Shown: positions 25,941-37,535, counted from the whole stretch's first letter. The stretch is DNA of 63,246 nt, filler included, from Globobulimina sp. (GCA_003354225.1; 44 parts of 44 records of this genome joined end to end with filler, not necessarily neighbours in it); one strand, 5' to 3'. The notes: generated from the sequence alone by a model not told the origin. Numbers and translations are program-made.

Positions 25941-26118
25941 GCTTAGTTGCTTAGTTCGTAATCCCATGAATAATGTGCTTAGTTGCTTAGTTGCTTAGTC
26001 GATAATCACCATTTCTTTCAACATCTCAACTGATATAACTGATATATATATAGGTACTACACAAACTAGGCAAATTAAGCAAATTAACAGATTTGCTTAG
26101 TTGCTTAGTTGCTTAATT
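25941..26118 (+). repeat. Three clusters of octamer GCTTAGTT (8 copies) upstream of the H3-tail ORF
   Basis: Copies at 25941, 25949, 25977, 25985, 25993, 26095, 26103, 26111; inverted variants at ~26064-26080. Confidence 0.85.
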
Positions 26119-26157
26119 CATCAACATCTAAAAACTTCAACATATAAATATAAAACA

Positions 26158-26928
26158 ATGGCACGTACGAAACAAACTGCCAGAATGTCATCTTCGCCCA
26201 CAAAAAGTACCAGTCCACCACGTCGTTATAAACCACGTCGTTATCTAACAAAATGCACCGAAATAAAACAAATGATGAAAACAAATGATGAAGAGAAGCA
26301 AATTATTGTCAAAACTGATATGGTGAAATCAAAGAAATATTATGCTGATTTAATTAAAAAACAACCAAAAGGTCCGCCAAAAGTGGACAAATGTTTTTTA
26401 GCGGGTTTAAGAAAACCAATACGAATTAAAACTGGCGGAGAATTATTTATCATCAAAGAGCAACCTATGATTCATAACTATTTTGAATTTAAAGAATCAT
26501 ACTTTGTATTTGTCGTAGTTAATGGTAGTGATTTCAATAAAGTATTAAATACAATTTGTTTTCGAGCAAAAGATTTATGTTTTGGTGAATTAATATATAC
26601 AGCCGCACAAGAATTAGGTATTGAATTTATGGATTACGACGATCCAACCAATATTAAAAAAGAAAGAAAATTCCTTGAAGGTGTACAGTGGCCAATGTGC
26701 GATTATATTTATCAGAATGAGAAAGGTAAATTCTGTAAAATACAAATTACGACACGCTCGAGCGCAAATAATTTACCCGCATTAAAACCAGCCACAAAAT
26801 TTGGTAAATACACGCAAGTAAATATCATTTGGGCGCATCATCCTAAAAGCTGTAATGTCACTCCATACCCTCGAAATTATTGTGAAAATTTAAATAATTT
26901 AAATAATTTCAATATTGTGGGATTTTAA
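26158..26928 (+). CDS. Intronless 256-aa orphan with histone H3 N-terminal tail mimic (K9M) and non-histone body
   Basis: ATG in A-rich context (aaaacaATG); MARTKQTARMS then PRRYKP...EIKQMMKT; no histone-fold motifs downstream. Confidence 0.8.
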   Translation: MARTKQTARMSSSPTKSTSPPRRYKPRRYLTKCTEIKQMMKTNDEEKQIIVKTDMVKSKKYYADLIKKQPKGPPKVDKCFLAGLRKPIRIKTGGELFIIKEQPMIHNYFEFKESYFVFVVVNGSDFNKVLNTICFRAKDLCFGELIYTAAQELGIEFMDYDDPTNIKKERKFLEGVQWPMCDYIYQNEKGKFCKIQITTRSSANNLPALKPATKFGKYTQVNIIWAHHPKSCNVTPYPRNYCENLNNLNNFNIVGF

Positions 26929-27564
26929 TATGTTGTAATTAACTTAAACATTTATTCTCATCCTTGCACTGATAACTCGACAGATTAGTCAACAATTCAG
27001 GTTAATAGTCAGCAATCTGTATTAATAGGCAGCTACTCCAATTAATTGGGCGTCTACATTTTTTGATTTAAATTAAAGTGAAAGTTTTTTAATTAAATGT
27101 CGGATGGCGCCAATGTCAGCTTCAACATTCAACTCTTGCATGTAAGTTTAGTATCCCGACCTCTGTTTCATCGCTCAGATCTTCCATATCTGCTGTGAAT
27201 GTTTATATGCCAATCCATTACGAAAACACACCTCAGCGATTGATGCAAGAGCAATAACAGGAAGGAAGANNNNNNNNNNNNNNNNNNNNNNNNNNNNNNN
27301 NNNNNNNNNNNNNTTAATTAATTAANNNNNNNNNNNNNNNNNNNNNNNNNNNNNNNNNNNNNNNNNNNNGTATTGCATTAATGAATTATAATTATGTTTT
27401 TGCGAATTGTTCTATTTAATCTAAAATCTAAACATCCATCTTGTTCGCTATATAAATCTGATTTGTTCTGTTGATGACGACGAACATCCAATGTGATTTC
27501 AACGTGGTCTGACGCAAAGATGTTCAACTCAAAAATCTACTGACTATTTTCTCCTTAAATCAGC

Positions 27565-28416
27565 ATGACAGCACATCTAACAAAACACGCATTACTCAAC
27601 AAAACAACATTAACAGCACCGCGCCCACTCCACGAATTACATCGTAATGCAAGATCACTCTACAAAGAACTATTAAAATACACCAAAGTCCATCCAAATC
27701 CGGTCAAAAAACAGAGATATTTAAAACAAATCCGAGCAGATTTCCGGCGTTATTCCTCCATTCGCGATGAACAAAAAATCGAAGACTTATTAAAAAAAGC
27801 AACCTCGCGTCTCGGCTATATACGAATGGAGGTCCCCGCACAACTAATCCCTCTCAAATATCGCATGCAAGAACATCGTGATACGGAGAGCCAACGGACC
27901 ACCACATTGCACGTGGACGCCGACGGCAAAATTGCCGCTGGCATATCCACCTTAATTAGCAAGGCACGCTTTGTAAACTGGTGTGACGGCAACAATGATC
28001 CGGACGAGAAGCGTAAAAACGATTCGTTGATTGAGAGGTTCCATTATCGAGGCCCTTATTGGGAGAAGCGAAGAAAAGGGTGGCTGCCTCAGGAAGCGCT
28101 GGATTTGTGGTCAGGGCCTGGCATCTCTGAGGCATTGATGCATAGAGAAAAGTATGACATAGGATTTGATGTTCCAACCCCGCATCTATCGGAACATCCG
28201 GATGTGAAGGGAAATATGCCCGATATTGCCTGTCGGAAAGACTTTGGCATTGATAATGAACCGGATGTGGTCGAGATGAAAGTGAGAAGGAAAAAGGAAC
28301 CGGATATGGGCGATATCAATAAGGGAATGCATTTGCAGTATAATGATGACCAACGTGCGAAAACGTTGGGACATCCGACTGTTTTTGAGTTCTTAAGGGG
28401 TAGACGAGATAAATAA
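27565..28416 (+). CDS. LYR-motif mitochondrial protein with C-terminal extension
   Basis: RSLYKELLK...YLKQIRADFRRY..I.D...IEDLL. Confidence 0.75.
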   Translation: MTAHLTKHALLNKTTLTAPRPLHELHRNARSLYKELLKYTKVHPNPVKKQRYLKQIRADFRRYSSIRDEQKIEDLLKKATSRLGYIRMEVPAQLIPLKYRMQEHRDTESQRTTTLHVDADGKIAAGISTLISKARFVNWCDGNNDPDEKRKNDSLIERFHYRGPYWEKRRKGWLPQEALDLWSGPGISEALMHREKYDIGFDVPTPHLSEHPDVKGNMPDIACRKDFGIDNEPDVVEMKVRRKKEPDMGDINKGMHLQYNDDQRAKTLGHPTVFEFLRGRRDK

Positions 28417-28836
28417 TACTGACATTGCGTTGACTGTAAAGTTTTTGAGCTAGTTTAGACTTTGAAGTTCTGTTTGCCGATTCTTTGGATTTCTTGCTTG
28501 AATCTGATGTTTTGTATTGGTGAGCCTTTGAGATAGAATGGGTTCATTAATAATTTTAGATAGACGTGATAGGTGTCACTGAAAAAGCGCTTGATTTGCT
28601 GCTCGTTCATTGATTTGTTGTGTAATAATAAAAAGCGAGTGGCTGTACATGTTTTGGTTTATGTTCAGTGATAAATATCGATGTTTCGTTTTATGTAAAA
28701 CATAACTTCNNNNNNNNNNNNNNNNNNNNNNNNNNNNNNNNNNNNNNNNNNNNTTAATTAATTAANNNNNNNNNNNNNNNNNNNNNNNNNNNNNNNNNNN
28801 NNNNNNNNNTATATTAACGGACTCAATGTTTGTATA

Positions 28837-30000
28837 TTATCGACAGTGTGTTTTGAATTTATTTCTTGTGAATGATGACTTGTTTGGTTTACGAAGTCTG
28901 AGCGTATTAAATTGTTTGGTATGTTGATTATAAATATGTTTGGAATTATATGTTGATTCACGTTTCTTAAGTTTTCTTCGTTCCTTTAATAAATATCTAG
29001 AATATGAATAATGATTTCCTGCTTTCTTTCTTGTGCTTTCCTGCTGGGAATCATGACACATCTCTGTAATTTGCGGAAATCTATTCAACAAATGTTTATT
29101 CCTATAATATTCCAATGAATCTGCATTAATTTGCACAAACTCATTACAATATATACTGTCATAAATATAAAAATATGGTATGTCATTCAATTGCGTCGGG
29201 GGATCAACTCTATTACAATAATAAATAAATAATACATCTCGATACTTCCAACTAATTACAATCAATATGAATATAAATAGAATAATATTTGGTATAATGA
29301 GAATAAATAATAAATTCAGTGTTAATGCATATTTATCAACAATGCTATACAATACATGTTTATATTTGTCATTAATTCCCACTAATTCAATGTTTTCAGT
29401 ATATTTTAATTTCAATTGACATAAAAAATATGCATCAGAGTGATGACAAATAATATCCAATAACACTGCAATAATCACATATACAACGCAATATTTATAA
29501 TCATGAGCATAATCATAAAACATTGACATAATAACAATATTTATTTGCGTCTTAAATAAAACAAAAGTGCTGGCATAAAATATAGAGAATGGAAGAAAAC
29601 AATCACATCCACAAACATATGGAATAAAAAATATTGTAAAATATTCGCAAGTTAATTGAAAATCGGAATGTTCGTAACGGCCACATAATTTTGTAAAAGA
29701 TTTTTTGAAAATGAATTGCAAGAAAATATAAATAAACGCAACAAACATAAAATAATCCAAAACAGATCCATGCGAATAATAATAACAAATAATTACAATT
29801 GCAAAACAAATATATTTTGATAGACAAACTAGAAACATTTTATATAATGATATTTTAAATAATGACCGAACATTACAATATCTCTGCATTGATATGGATG
29901 TTTGCCATAAATCCGAACATAAATCGGAACATATTAATGAATTTCTTATTGAATATAAATGATTTTTTGTATTTATAGAGCTATTCTTGGAATACTTCAT
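28837..30000 (-). CDS. Unknown multi-TM protein with basic C-terminus
   Basis: 387-aa uninterrupted ORF with several hydrophobic segments. Confidence 0.5.
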   Translation of the reverse strand: MKYSKNSSINTKNHLYSIRNSLICSDLCSDLWQTSISMQRYCNVRSLFKISLYKMFLVCLSKYICFAIVIICYYYSHGSVLDYFMFVAFIYIFLQFIFKKSFTKLCGRYEHSDFQLTCEYFTIFFIPYVCGCDCFLPFSIFYASTFVLFKTQINIVIMSMFYDYAHDYKYCVVYVIIAVLLDIICHHSDAYFLCQLKLKYTENIELVGINDKYKHVLYSIVDKYALTLNLLFILIIPNIILFIFILIVISWKYRDVLFIYYCNRVDPPTQLNDIPYFYIYDSIYCNEFVQINADSLEYYRNKHLLNRFPQITEMCHDSQQESTRKKAGNHYSYSRYLLKERRKLKKRESTYNSKHIYNQHTKQFNTLRLRKPNKSSFTRNKFKTHCR

Positions 30001-30250
30001 GTAAATACTATATAAATGGCTTTTTTTGGGTATATAAATGGCTTTTTCATATATAAATGATATATAAATAAGGGTGTTTCTTATAAATGGACCCCCCTAA
30101 ATGGCGAAATCGCTATATTTATAAGAAATAAAATCTTATAAATACTATANNNNNNNNNNNNNNNNNNNNNNNNNNNNNNNNNNNNNNNNNNNNTTAATTA
30201 ATTAANNNNNNNNNNNNNNNNNNNNNNNNNNNNNNNNNNNNNNNNNNNNA

Positions 30251-30643
30251 AGAACGCAGCAATTAAAAGAGGTTGTGGATAAATTAATGGATTTACTGAT
30301 TGCAGGAAGGCAAAAGTTGAATTGTTTTTGGCATCAAGTATTTGAATTTATCATTAATTTGATTCACGAATTAGGAATCACAGCGGACCATATCGGGGCA
30401 GCATGGACAGGATTCAATACATGGATAGTAACACATCCATGTTATATATTTGCATTATATTCATGTATTGTGGTATTGTCGGGTGCAATTTTGTATTTTC
30501 TTATATTTGGTGATGCAAACGAAAAAAAGATGGCAGGATGCGCTGCAATTGGGATGGGAATTGGTGCAGTGTTTGGAGGTCCAGCTGGAGCGGTAGTTGG
30601 AGGACTACTCGGTGGGGGAATTGGTGCTCTTTTGTATAATTAA
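30251..30643 (+). CDS. C-terminal fragment with TM helix and glycine zipper
   Basis: GCAAIGMGIGAVFGGPAGAVVGGLLGGGIG. Confidence 0.6.
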   Translation, partial: RTQQLKEVVDKLMDLLIAGRQKLNCFWHQVFEFIINLIHELGITADHIGAAWTGFNTWIVTHPCYIFALYSCIVVLSGAILYFLIFGDANEKKMAGCAAIGMGIGAVFGGPAGAVVGGLLGGGIGALLYN

Positions 30644-30862
30644 CGTGTGTCAGATTGTGGGTATATAGAGTAATTTTCTCAAAGTATATAACTTGACTGC
30701 TGACGTATCAATTTGTCATGGTTATGTTATTAGTTATGTTTGAGATCATTATTCAAAATAATAATAATTTAATTTTAATATTATATTATCTTAGTGTCTT
30801 GTCCTTAATACTAGTTAATAGACATTTTTGCTTTACCATAAAAAACTGAACCAACTAAAAAC

Positions 30863-31582
30863 ATGTTGACAGCCAGTGGCTTCGTCGTAGCATTATTTGC
30901 AACTTGTTGCTTCTCAAAACAACAATTTTTAATTCCAGCATATATCTGGTATGGTAATACAGCAGATTGGAATGCATTGTTGGATTTTGTGCCTGGTAAA
31001 ATAATCTTAAATCCTGGTTCAGGACCAGGCCCCCAAAGAGATGCGGGATGGGCCAATATTACAGATGCAGCGATTAAAGCCGGAACAGACGTGATCGGAT
31101 ATGTCCATTCGAGCTATGGTCAACGAAGTATGCAAGAAGTTACCAACGATGTTGACAAATTTTATGAATGGTATAACATATCAGGCATTTTTGTGGATGA
31201 AGTAAGTTCTTCAGCGAGTCAGTTATCATATTATCAACAGCTTTATTCATATATTAAACAAAAATATGGTAAATCGCAAAGTGTGACATTAAATCCTGGA
31301 GTTGTGCCTGACATTGCATATGCAAATGTAAGTGATGTTATTGTAGCGTATGAAAATGCATATAATTTATATCCATCGTATAAACCAGGTTGGACAGTCA
31401 ATGCCGCCCAATACAATGTGCAGATATCCAATATGATGCATAGTTTGGGCTCTGCAGATAATGCACAAGTACAGAGTCTCATCACCGCCACAGTACAAAA
31501 TAATGTCAACTATGTTTTTATTTGTAACACTTATACTGCAATGCCACCGTATTGGAGTTTGGAAAAGCAAGATGTAAAATAA
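30863..31582 (+). CDS. Secreted spherulation-specific family 4 protein (Sph3/GH135-like)
   Basis: Signal peptide; LIPAYIW, IILNPGSGPG, IGYVHSSYGQR, GIFVDEV, LNPG, VAYEN. Confidence 0.88.
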   Translation: MLTASGFVVALFATCCFSKQQFLIPAYIWYGNTADWNALLDFVPGKIILNPGSGPGPQRDAGWANITDAAIKAGTDVIGYVHSSYGQRSMQEVTNDVDKFYEWYNISGIFVDEVSSSASQLSYYQQLYSYIKQKYGKSQSVTLNPGVVPDIAYANVSDVIVAYENAYNLYPSYKPGWTVNAAQYNVQISNMMHSLGSADNAQVQSLITATVQNNVNYVFICNTYTAMPPYWSLEKQDVK

Positions 31583-31689
31583 TGTATANNNNNNNNNNNN
31601 NNNNNNNNNNNNNNNNNNNNNNNNNNNNNNNNTTAATTAATTAANNNNNNNNNNNNNNNNNNNNNNNNNNNNNNNNNNNNNNNNNNNNT

Positions 31690-32865
31690 AATAATAAATA
31701 TATTCACAAAAATAATACAAAGTCACTGACCAAATATAACAAAGAAAATCTAAAGAAAAAATGTTTTCAATTGAAAGAGAAAAGAGATAAATTTAATAAA
31801 TTGAATGATGGTAAAAATAACGATGGCCGCTCACATTATTTATTTCAGAAATATATCCGTTCGCAAATTGTAAATGATCATTGTGATTTAAATTATTTCT
31901 CCAAAAACATTGATAAGTTACTATTAAAATATTATACCAACGACGAGCAATATTCACATTTGAGTATGGAGATGAAATATTTTTTGTGGCACAAACACTT
32001 AAAACAACAACATTTTAACAAAAAAAAACAGGAAAATTATCATAAAATATCCAAGAAAAAAAAGAAAAAAAAATTGAAAAAACTGCAATCCATAAATATC
32101 GAATCAAAAATACGTTCCGCCATTAGGAAAAACAAGAAAAATAATCACAATTTTAGCAGATTTTTAGATGATAGCAATCAAAATAAAAAACGTAAAAAAA
32201 AGCGACATAAATTGGATAAATCACGGCGGTCAAATGAAGATATTGAAATTGATGACAATGAGATGGAAAATAATGCCAATCGCAATTATAATGATGATAG
32301 AAAAGAAAAAGAGAATGAACATAAAACGCAAGAAATAATTATAAAAAAGACAAATTATTCGTCATCGTCCTTCTCGTCGTCGTCATCGAATAACAATGAT
32401 AGTGATATTAATGAATACGCTGCCTTACAAAACACGCAATTTGTAAATGATGAGCTAAATGAAATAAATGTTGCTTTGTATCCGGGATACAATAAAAATG
32501 ATAGTGTTCATAAATTGGATTTAAATGAAATTGAGACCATATCGCAGTTAATAAATAATAAAAAGAGTAAAAAAAATTACAGTGAGTGCGAGGTGGGAAA
32601 TATGGCAGAGATTTGTGGGAATAATAATTCTTTGATCCAGGATGAGTATGTATTGAATGATTTTTTTGGTGGACATCATTTTATTGTCTCTGGGTCTGAG
32701 GACGGAAACGTTTGTATTTGGAATCGTATCACACAAAAAATAATCAAGTTATATGGACATAAAAAATCCGTAAACTGTGTCGTATGGAATCCTGTTGATT
32801 CTTTTATTTTGGTTTCTGGCTCGGATGATACACAAATTAGAGTTTGGACACCTGACAACAAATAA
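31690..32865 (+). CDS. WD40 protein (WDR26/GID7-like), C-terminal part with long low-complexity insert
   Basis: FGG..FIVSGSEDGNVCIW...LYGHKKSVNCVVWNP...SGSDDTQIRVW. Confidence 0.75.
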   Translation, partial: NNKYIHKNNTKSLTKYNKENLKKKCFQLKEKRDKFNKLNDGKNNDGRSHYLFQKYIRSQIVNDHCDLNYFSKNIDKLLLKYYTNDEQYSHLSMEMKYFLWHKHLKQQHFNKKKQENYHKISKKKKKKKLKKLQSINIESKIRSAIRKNKKNNHNFSRFLDDSNQNKKRKKKRHKLDKSRRSNEDIEIDDNEMENNANRNYNDDRKEKENEHKTQEIIIKKTNYSSSSFSSSSSNNNDSDINEYAALQNTQFVNDELNEINVALYPGYNKNDSVHKLDLNEIETISQLINNKKSKKNYSECEVGNMAEICGNNNSLIQDEYVLNDFFGGHHFIVSGSEDGNVCIWNRITQKIIKLYGHKKSVNCVVWNPVDSFILVSGSDDTQIRVWTPDNK

Positions 32866-33127
32866 TTATTGATTAAAACATTTGTATTTTTTCTTCTTTT
32901 TTTTGTATTCTTAAGCTTCTTTGTTCGTATTATTTTTTTGTAAGTGTTAAAATGAAAGAGCGTGTTCAAGAGTTGAAGAGTTTATTGATTTTGGTTTAAG
33001 CAAAATTCAAGTTCCAGTTTTTTTTTANNNNNNNNNNNNNNNNNNNNNNNNNNNNNNNNNNNNNNNNNNNNTTAATTAATTAANNNNNNNNNNNNNNNNN
33101 NNNNNNNNNNNNNNNNNNNNNNNNNNN

Positions 33128-34320
33128 CACTAATACTGTATATTGTTTGAGAAAATAAAAAATCAACGGATACGATGCCATCAATATTAACACAATTGAA
33201 AGTCTGGCAACATGGATTATCCACTTATTGTTACTGTCATAAATGCTTAAAAATAATACGCCACCTTTTGCACACAAATCCTGTGCTCTTTGTCCTTTTG
33301 TTTGTATTAATTGATCAGCAGTCGCCAAGTAACCAACCACTGCAAAACATACATTCAAAATTGCAATAAGTAAACAACTTCGCCTCGATATTTTAGTCCA
33401 TTTGCCATAGGAAGCATTGTCTAATGAAAAATACATATCAGACACGCCCATATGGAATAAATACGCAGTCAACCAGCTCCCCATTGCTTTCATGAAACCT
33501 AAGCATGTCGGTTCTAATGGGAATTCGTCACGGAATCGACCTTTGTGAGCGCCAATCTTTCTTCTTTCATCATATTCATCTTTACCATACCACATAGCAA
33601 CCAATAATACGAATAAAATTACAAACACTTTGATGATTGACACATAACTCAGTACTTTGAGGTCGCGGAGCAACAGAGATAAACCACATATTAACGAAAA
33701 CACAACAGACATTTGTCTAAATGATAATAATTCTGCATCATCAGCAGTGTTATAATAACCTCTGTACACATCGTTTAATTGCAGTCCCATCATCACAATA
33801 AAAATACTTAAAGCGCCAATTAATAAAAAAACCACAGAGACCGAATAAATATTAGCGGCAGTTGGACCTAATACTTTTTGAAACATCTCTTCCAATGATT
33901 TAGACTGTAAAATAATTATGACACATTTTAATTATTTGCTGACTATTTAAAGCAAGATAAGTTTAGATTGATAATGACTTAACTTTTGATTTGCAGGTGA
34001 CTTCAATCAATGCACGTGAGGACCAATCAGAAGCTAAACCAATCAAAATAATCCCTGCAACTCCGAAAATGATGCCAACTCCACAAAGTGTTGCAGGAAG
34101 GAATAATACACCAATACCAACGGCTGAACATAGCTGTTTCATATTGTTTGTTATGGATTTACTTTTGCACGGAGAAATAGATCAATTTACATACGATATT
34201 AAATATTGTTAACATGAATGAGATTTGCGGTTTTGATGAACCAGTTTCTTGAGACGTGTTTTGTCCATCAGCTATTTCACCAACGGTGGCCTCTATTACA
34301 GTATTGCTCCCAGAAGACAT
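33128..34320 (-). CDS. Amino-acid transporter (AAAP/SLC38-like); introns 34134-34194 and 33905-33983
   Basis: Spliced TM1 TIFNILCSAVGIGVLFLP; AYLFHMGV; GYLAT; SYPL. Confidence 0.88.
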
Positions 34321-34633
34321 TATTAATTGATTTCTAAAGGATGTTGTTTTGAGTTAATTAGTGCGAAAAAGCGGAATTATGAGAACAAACATTACAATTT
34401 ATACTAATTTTCATAATCATGTTTTACGATCCAGACTTTTGGGATTTTGGAACTTTGCTGCAGATANNNNNNNNNNNNNNNNNNNNNNNNNNNNNNNNNN
34501 NNNNNNNNNNTTAATTAATTAANNNNNNNNNNNNNNNNNNNNNNNNNNNNNNNNNNNNNNNNNNNNATACGGGATACACCGTCGATGCCAATAGTTATAC
34601 TGGGTAATGATTGGCTCAAGATAAACAAAGCAG

Positions 34634-35905
34634 TCATTGACTTTGGAAATGATTGTATGTAACTCCAGGGAACAGTAATGGCCAGAATGCTGCAGATGGC
34701 CATTTTGGGCAAATTAGGATGCCCCGAGCTTGACATTCGATTATATGCTTCAAAGTGTCAGGGATGTAAGAAACAGGTGGGACCATCCAATTATTGTCCT
34801 TAGACCAGTCTTGAGCAAAGGCATTAATGCCAGAAGATCCTGGCTGCCAAAATCGACTGTAGAATTTAGGTAATTTTGTATTGTCACAAGAAGCAAAAAC
34901 ATCGCATGTGAAGGGGCCAAAGGCCTGAGAAAGCAAAACGAACCAAGCAGGGGCGACGGCCCAATCGTCCCAATCCAAAATACGGCTGCAATAATCAGCT
35001 GCTTCATTAAGTGAACGAGGTATCCACACAGCGTCCAATATAATGTGATGTTGTAAGCAGAGTTTAAAAATAGAAAATGCGATTTTGTGTAATACTGGAT
35101 TTGAGCTACCTTTGGTTAGAATTGTAGCTACTGCTTGATTGTCTGTCAGCCAAAGGACCCGGTGACCATATAATTGGGTAATGAAGCTTGCAAACCCAAA
35201 TTGCACAATTTGTAATTCCCGCCATGTAGAGCTCTCCTTCTGTTCTTCTGTAGTCCAAATGGTATGAGCGATCGCTACAGTATTATTAAGAGTGAGTAGA
35301 GCACCGGCACCAGTGGCACTGGCATCACTGAGGACCATGGTGTCAATGTGAATTGTAGGTATCAAAAAACGTAAATTTAAGGAAGGCAAAGTTGAGACCC
35401 AAAAGAAGATTTCTTCATAAGCACTGTCAGAAATGGTGAAGTGAGAATACCAAGATTTGCCGCGATCAATATCACCGTATAAGGCACGTGTATATAGATG
35501 TGCGATTGGTCCGAGAACAGGTAACATACTAATAAGCTTTCCCACAAAACGAGACAGATGGCGGGCAGTGACATGCCGGCGATTGTCAAGTATTGATTGA
35601 CCAAGCGCGGAAGTACTTGTGATTCGGCGTGTTGTAATAGAGATTGTGAAATTGGATAAATCGATGTGAAATCCAAGCCAGTCGATGGCTGAATTAGGTT
35701 CCCAAGAGCATTTTTCGGGTGATGTTGAAAAGCCAGCTTGATTCAGATCCCGCGCAACTAAAAAACTTGATCGGCGTAGCTCTATTTCAGTCCCAGCAGT
35801 AATAAACCCATCATCCAGATAAGTCACTATGCAGATTCCCAAGGACCGCCAATGCTTGACTATGCAGCGAAAAACTTTAGTAAATACATATGGTGAACAA
35901 GAAAG
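34634..35905 (-). mobile_element. DIRS-type tyrosine-recombinase retrotransposon pol: RT, RNase H, methyltransferase-like domain
   Basis: YLDD; SDASATG, WREL, TDNQ, WIPRSLNEAADYCSR; DVFAS..NTKLPKFYSR...NAFAQDW..PP...PKWPSA.FWP. Confidence 0.92.
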
Positions 35906-36006
35906 NNNNNNNNNNNNNNNNNNNNNNNNNNNNNNNNNNNNNNNNNNNNTTAATTAATTAANNNNNNNNNNNNNNNNNNNNNNNNNNNNNNNNNNNNNNN
36001 NNNNNC

Positions 36007-37344
36007 ATAGCTTTGCCAGAAATGTCAGGCAAACTCCACCCAAAATCCGCTGAAGAAACTGCTTCGTGGCTTGACATATTGTCATTTGGATGGATTACAT
36101 CTATGTTCGCGACTGGTTACAAGCGTAGATTAGAAATGGGCGATTTGACTTATCTGAAAGGTACAGATCATACTCACCAAACACTGCGCACCTTTTATAA
36201 GTCCTGGCGTGCCCAGTTAAGAAAAACCAGACGGAAAAATAAAAGAAATGCCGTCAAACAGCAAAGGCGACTGGAACAGGTCCATGACCATAGGATAGAA
36301 TTTACCGATACGTCCAGCTATCCTTCCTCCATAATGCCTAAACATCGACCAGTTGGATATCAGCACCGTACACCGTCGTTGACGTATGCTATTTTGGCTG
36401 CGTTTGGCTCTGATTTTGTAGTGGCTCTCCCCATTGCTTTGCTCGCAGCGACTCTGCAATTTATGGGCCCTATGGTATTGCAGCAATATTTAACAGTTGC
36501 GGAACGTTTTGATGATGGCTCGAAAGACGCTATAAACAAAGCTTATTTGTACAGTGGCTTGCTATTTGCGAGTTATATGTTTAGCACTATTTTGTATCCG
36601 CAATGCTATCATCGTACGCGGCGTTGTGGTATGCGAGTTCGAGCCGCATTGATGGCTGCATGCTATGAAAAAACCTTAAAGTTAACTCAAGCTGCACGCA
36701 GTGAAAAAACAGCCGGACAGATATTGAATATTATCACTGTCGATGTGCGCAAAATACGTGATTCCTTTTCAATGACATGGAATGCAGTGACTCTGCCATA
36801 TCTTATCGGTGTTTCTGTCTATCTCATATATCAACAGATCGGTTCTGCTGTTTTCTATGGCCTGGCTTCACAACTTATTGTCGCGCCGATCATGCTTGGA
36901 ATTAGTATCAAGGCCAGAAGGACGGGGATAAAGTTACAAAAACAACGCGATCAAAGAATGAAAGTAATTAATGAGGTTTTTGGGTCCATGAAAATCGTGA
37001 AAATGTATAGTTGGGAACAATTATTTGATGACAAAATATCAGAACTCCGCAATGGCGAATTAAAATTATTACGAGTTATAGTTTGGTGCTTAGTTTACAT
37101 AATCTTAAATTTTTCCTTCTCGTCGAATTTAATGTGCTTGGTTTCGTTTGCTGCGTATTCTCTGACTGACGGCAATGACACATTAACTGCAGCACAGGCA
37201 TTCACATCGATAGCGCTGTTTAATTTGATACGTTTCCCTTTGGCTCAGATCCCAGGCACCATTTTGAATTTGATTGAAGCGAATATTTCAATAGGCAGAA
37301 TAAGGAGATTTTTGTCAGCAAATGAGATTAATGCTGATACCATC
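36007..37344 (+). CDS. ABCC/MRP transporter, TMD1 region
   Basis: PKSAEETASWLDILSFGW lasso; GMRVRAAL...YEKTLKL; D.RMKVINE...MKIVKMYSWE; AFTSIALFNLIRFPL. Confidence 0.95.
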
Positions 37345-37444
37345 NNNNNNNNNNNNNNNNNNNNNNNNNNNNNNNNNNNNNNNNNNNNTTAATTAATTAA
37401 NNNNNNNNNNNNNNNNNNNNNNNNNNNNNNNNNNNNNNNNNNNN

Positions 37445-37535
37445 AGCTGCAAGCGTTCTAAAAAGTGATTCACGTCCCTTCGAAACATCTATCAAGATAT
37501 ACATATCCAAAAATTCATTTCAAAATTACCTCTTA
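37445..37535 (+). repeat. 91-bp terminal direct repeat, copy 1 (contig start)
   Basis: Identical to 38693-38783. Confidence 0.95.
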
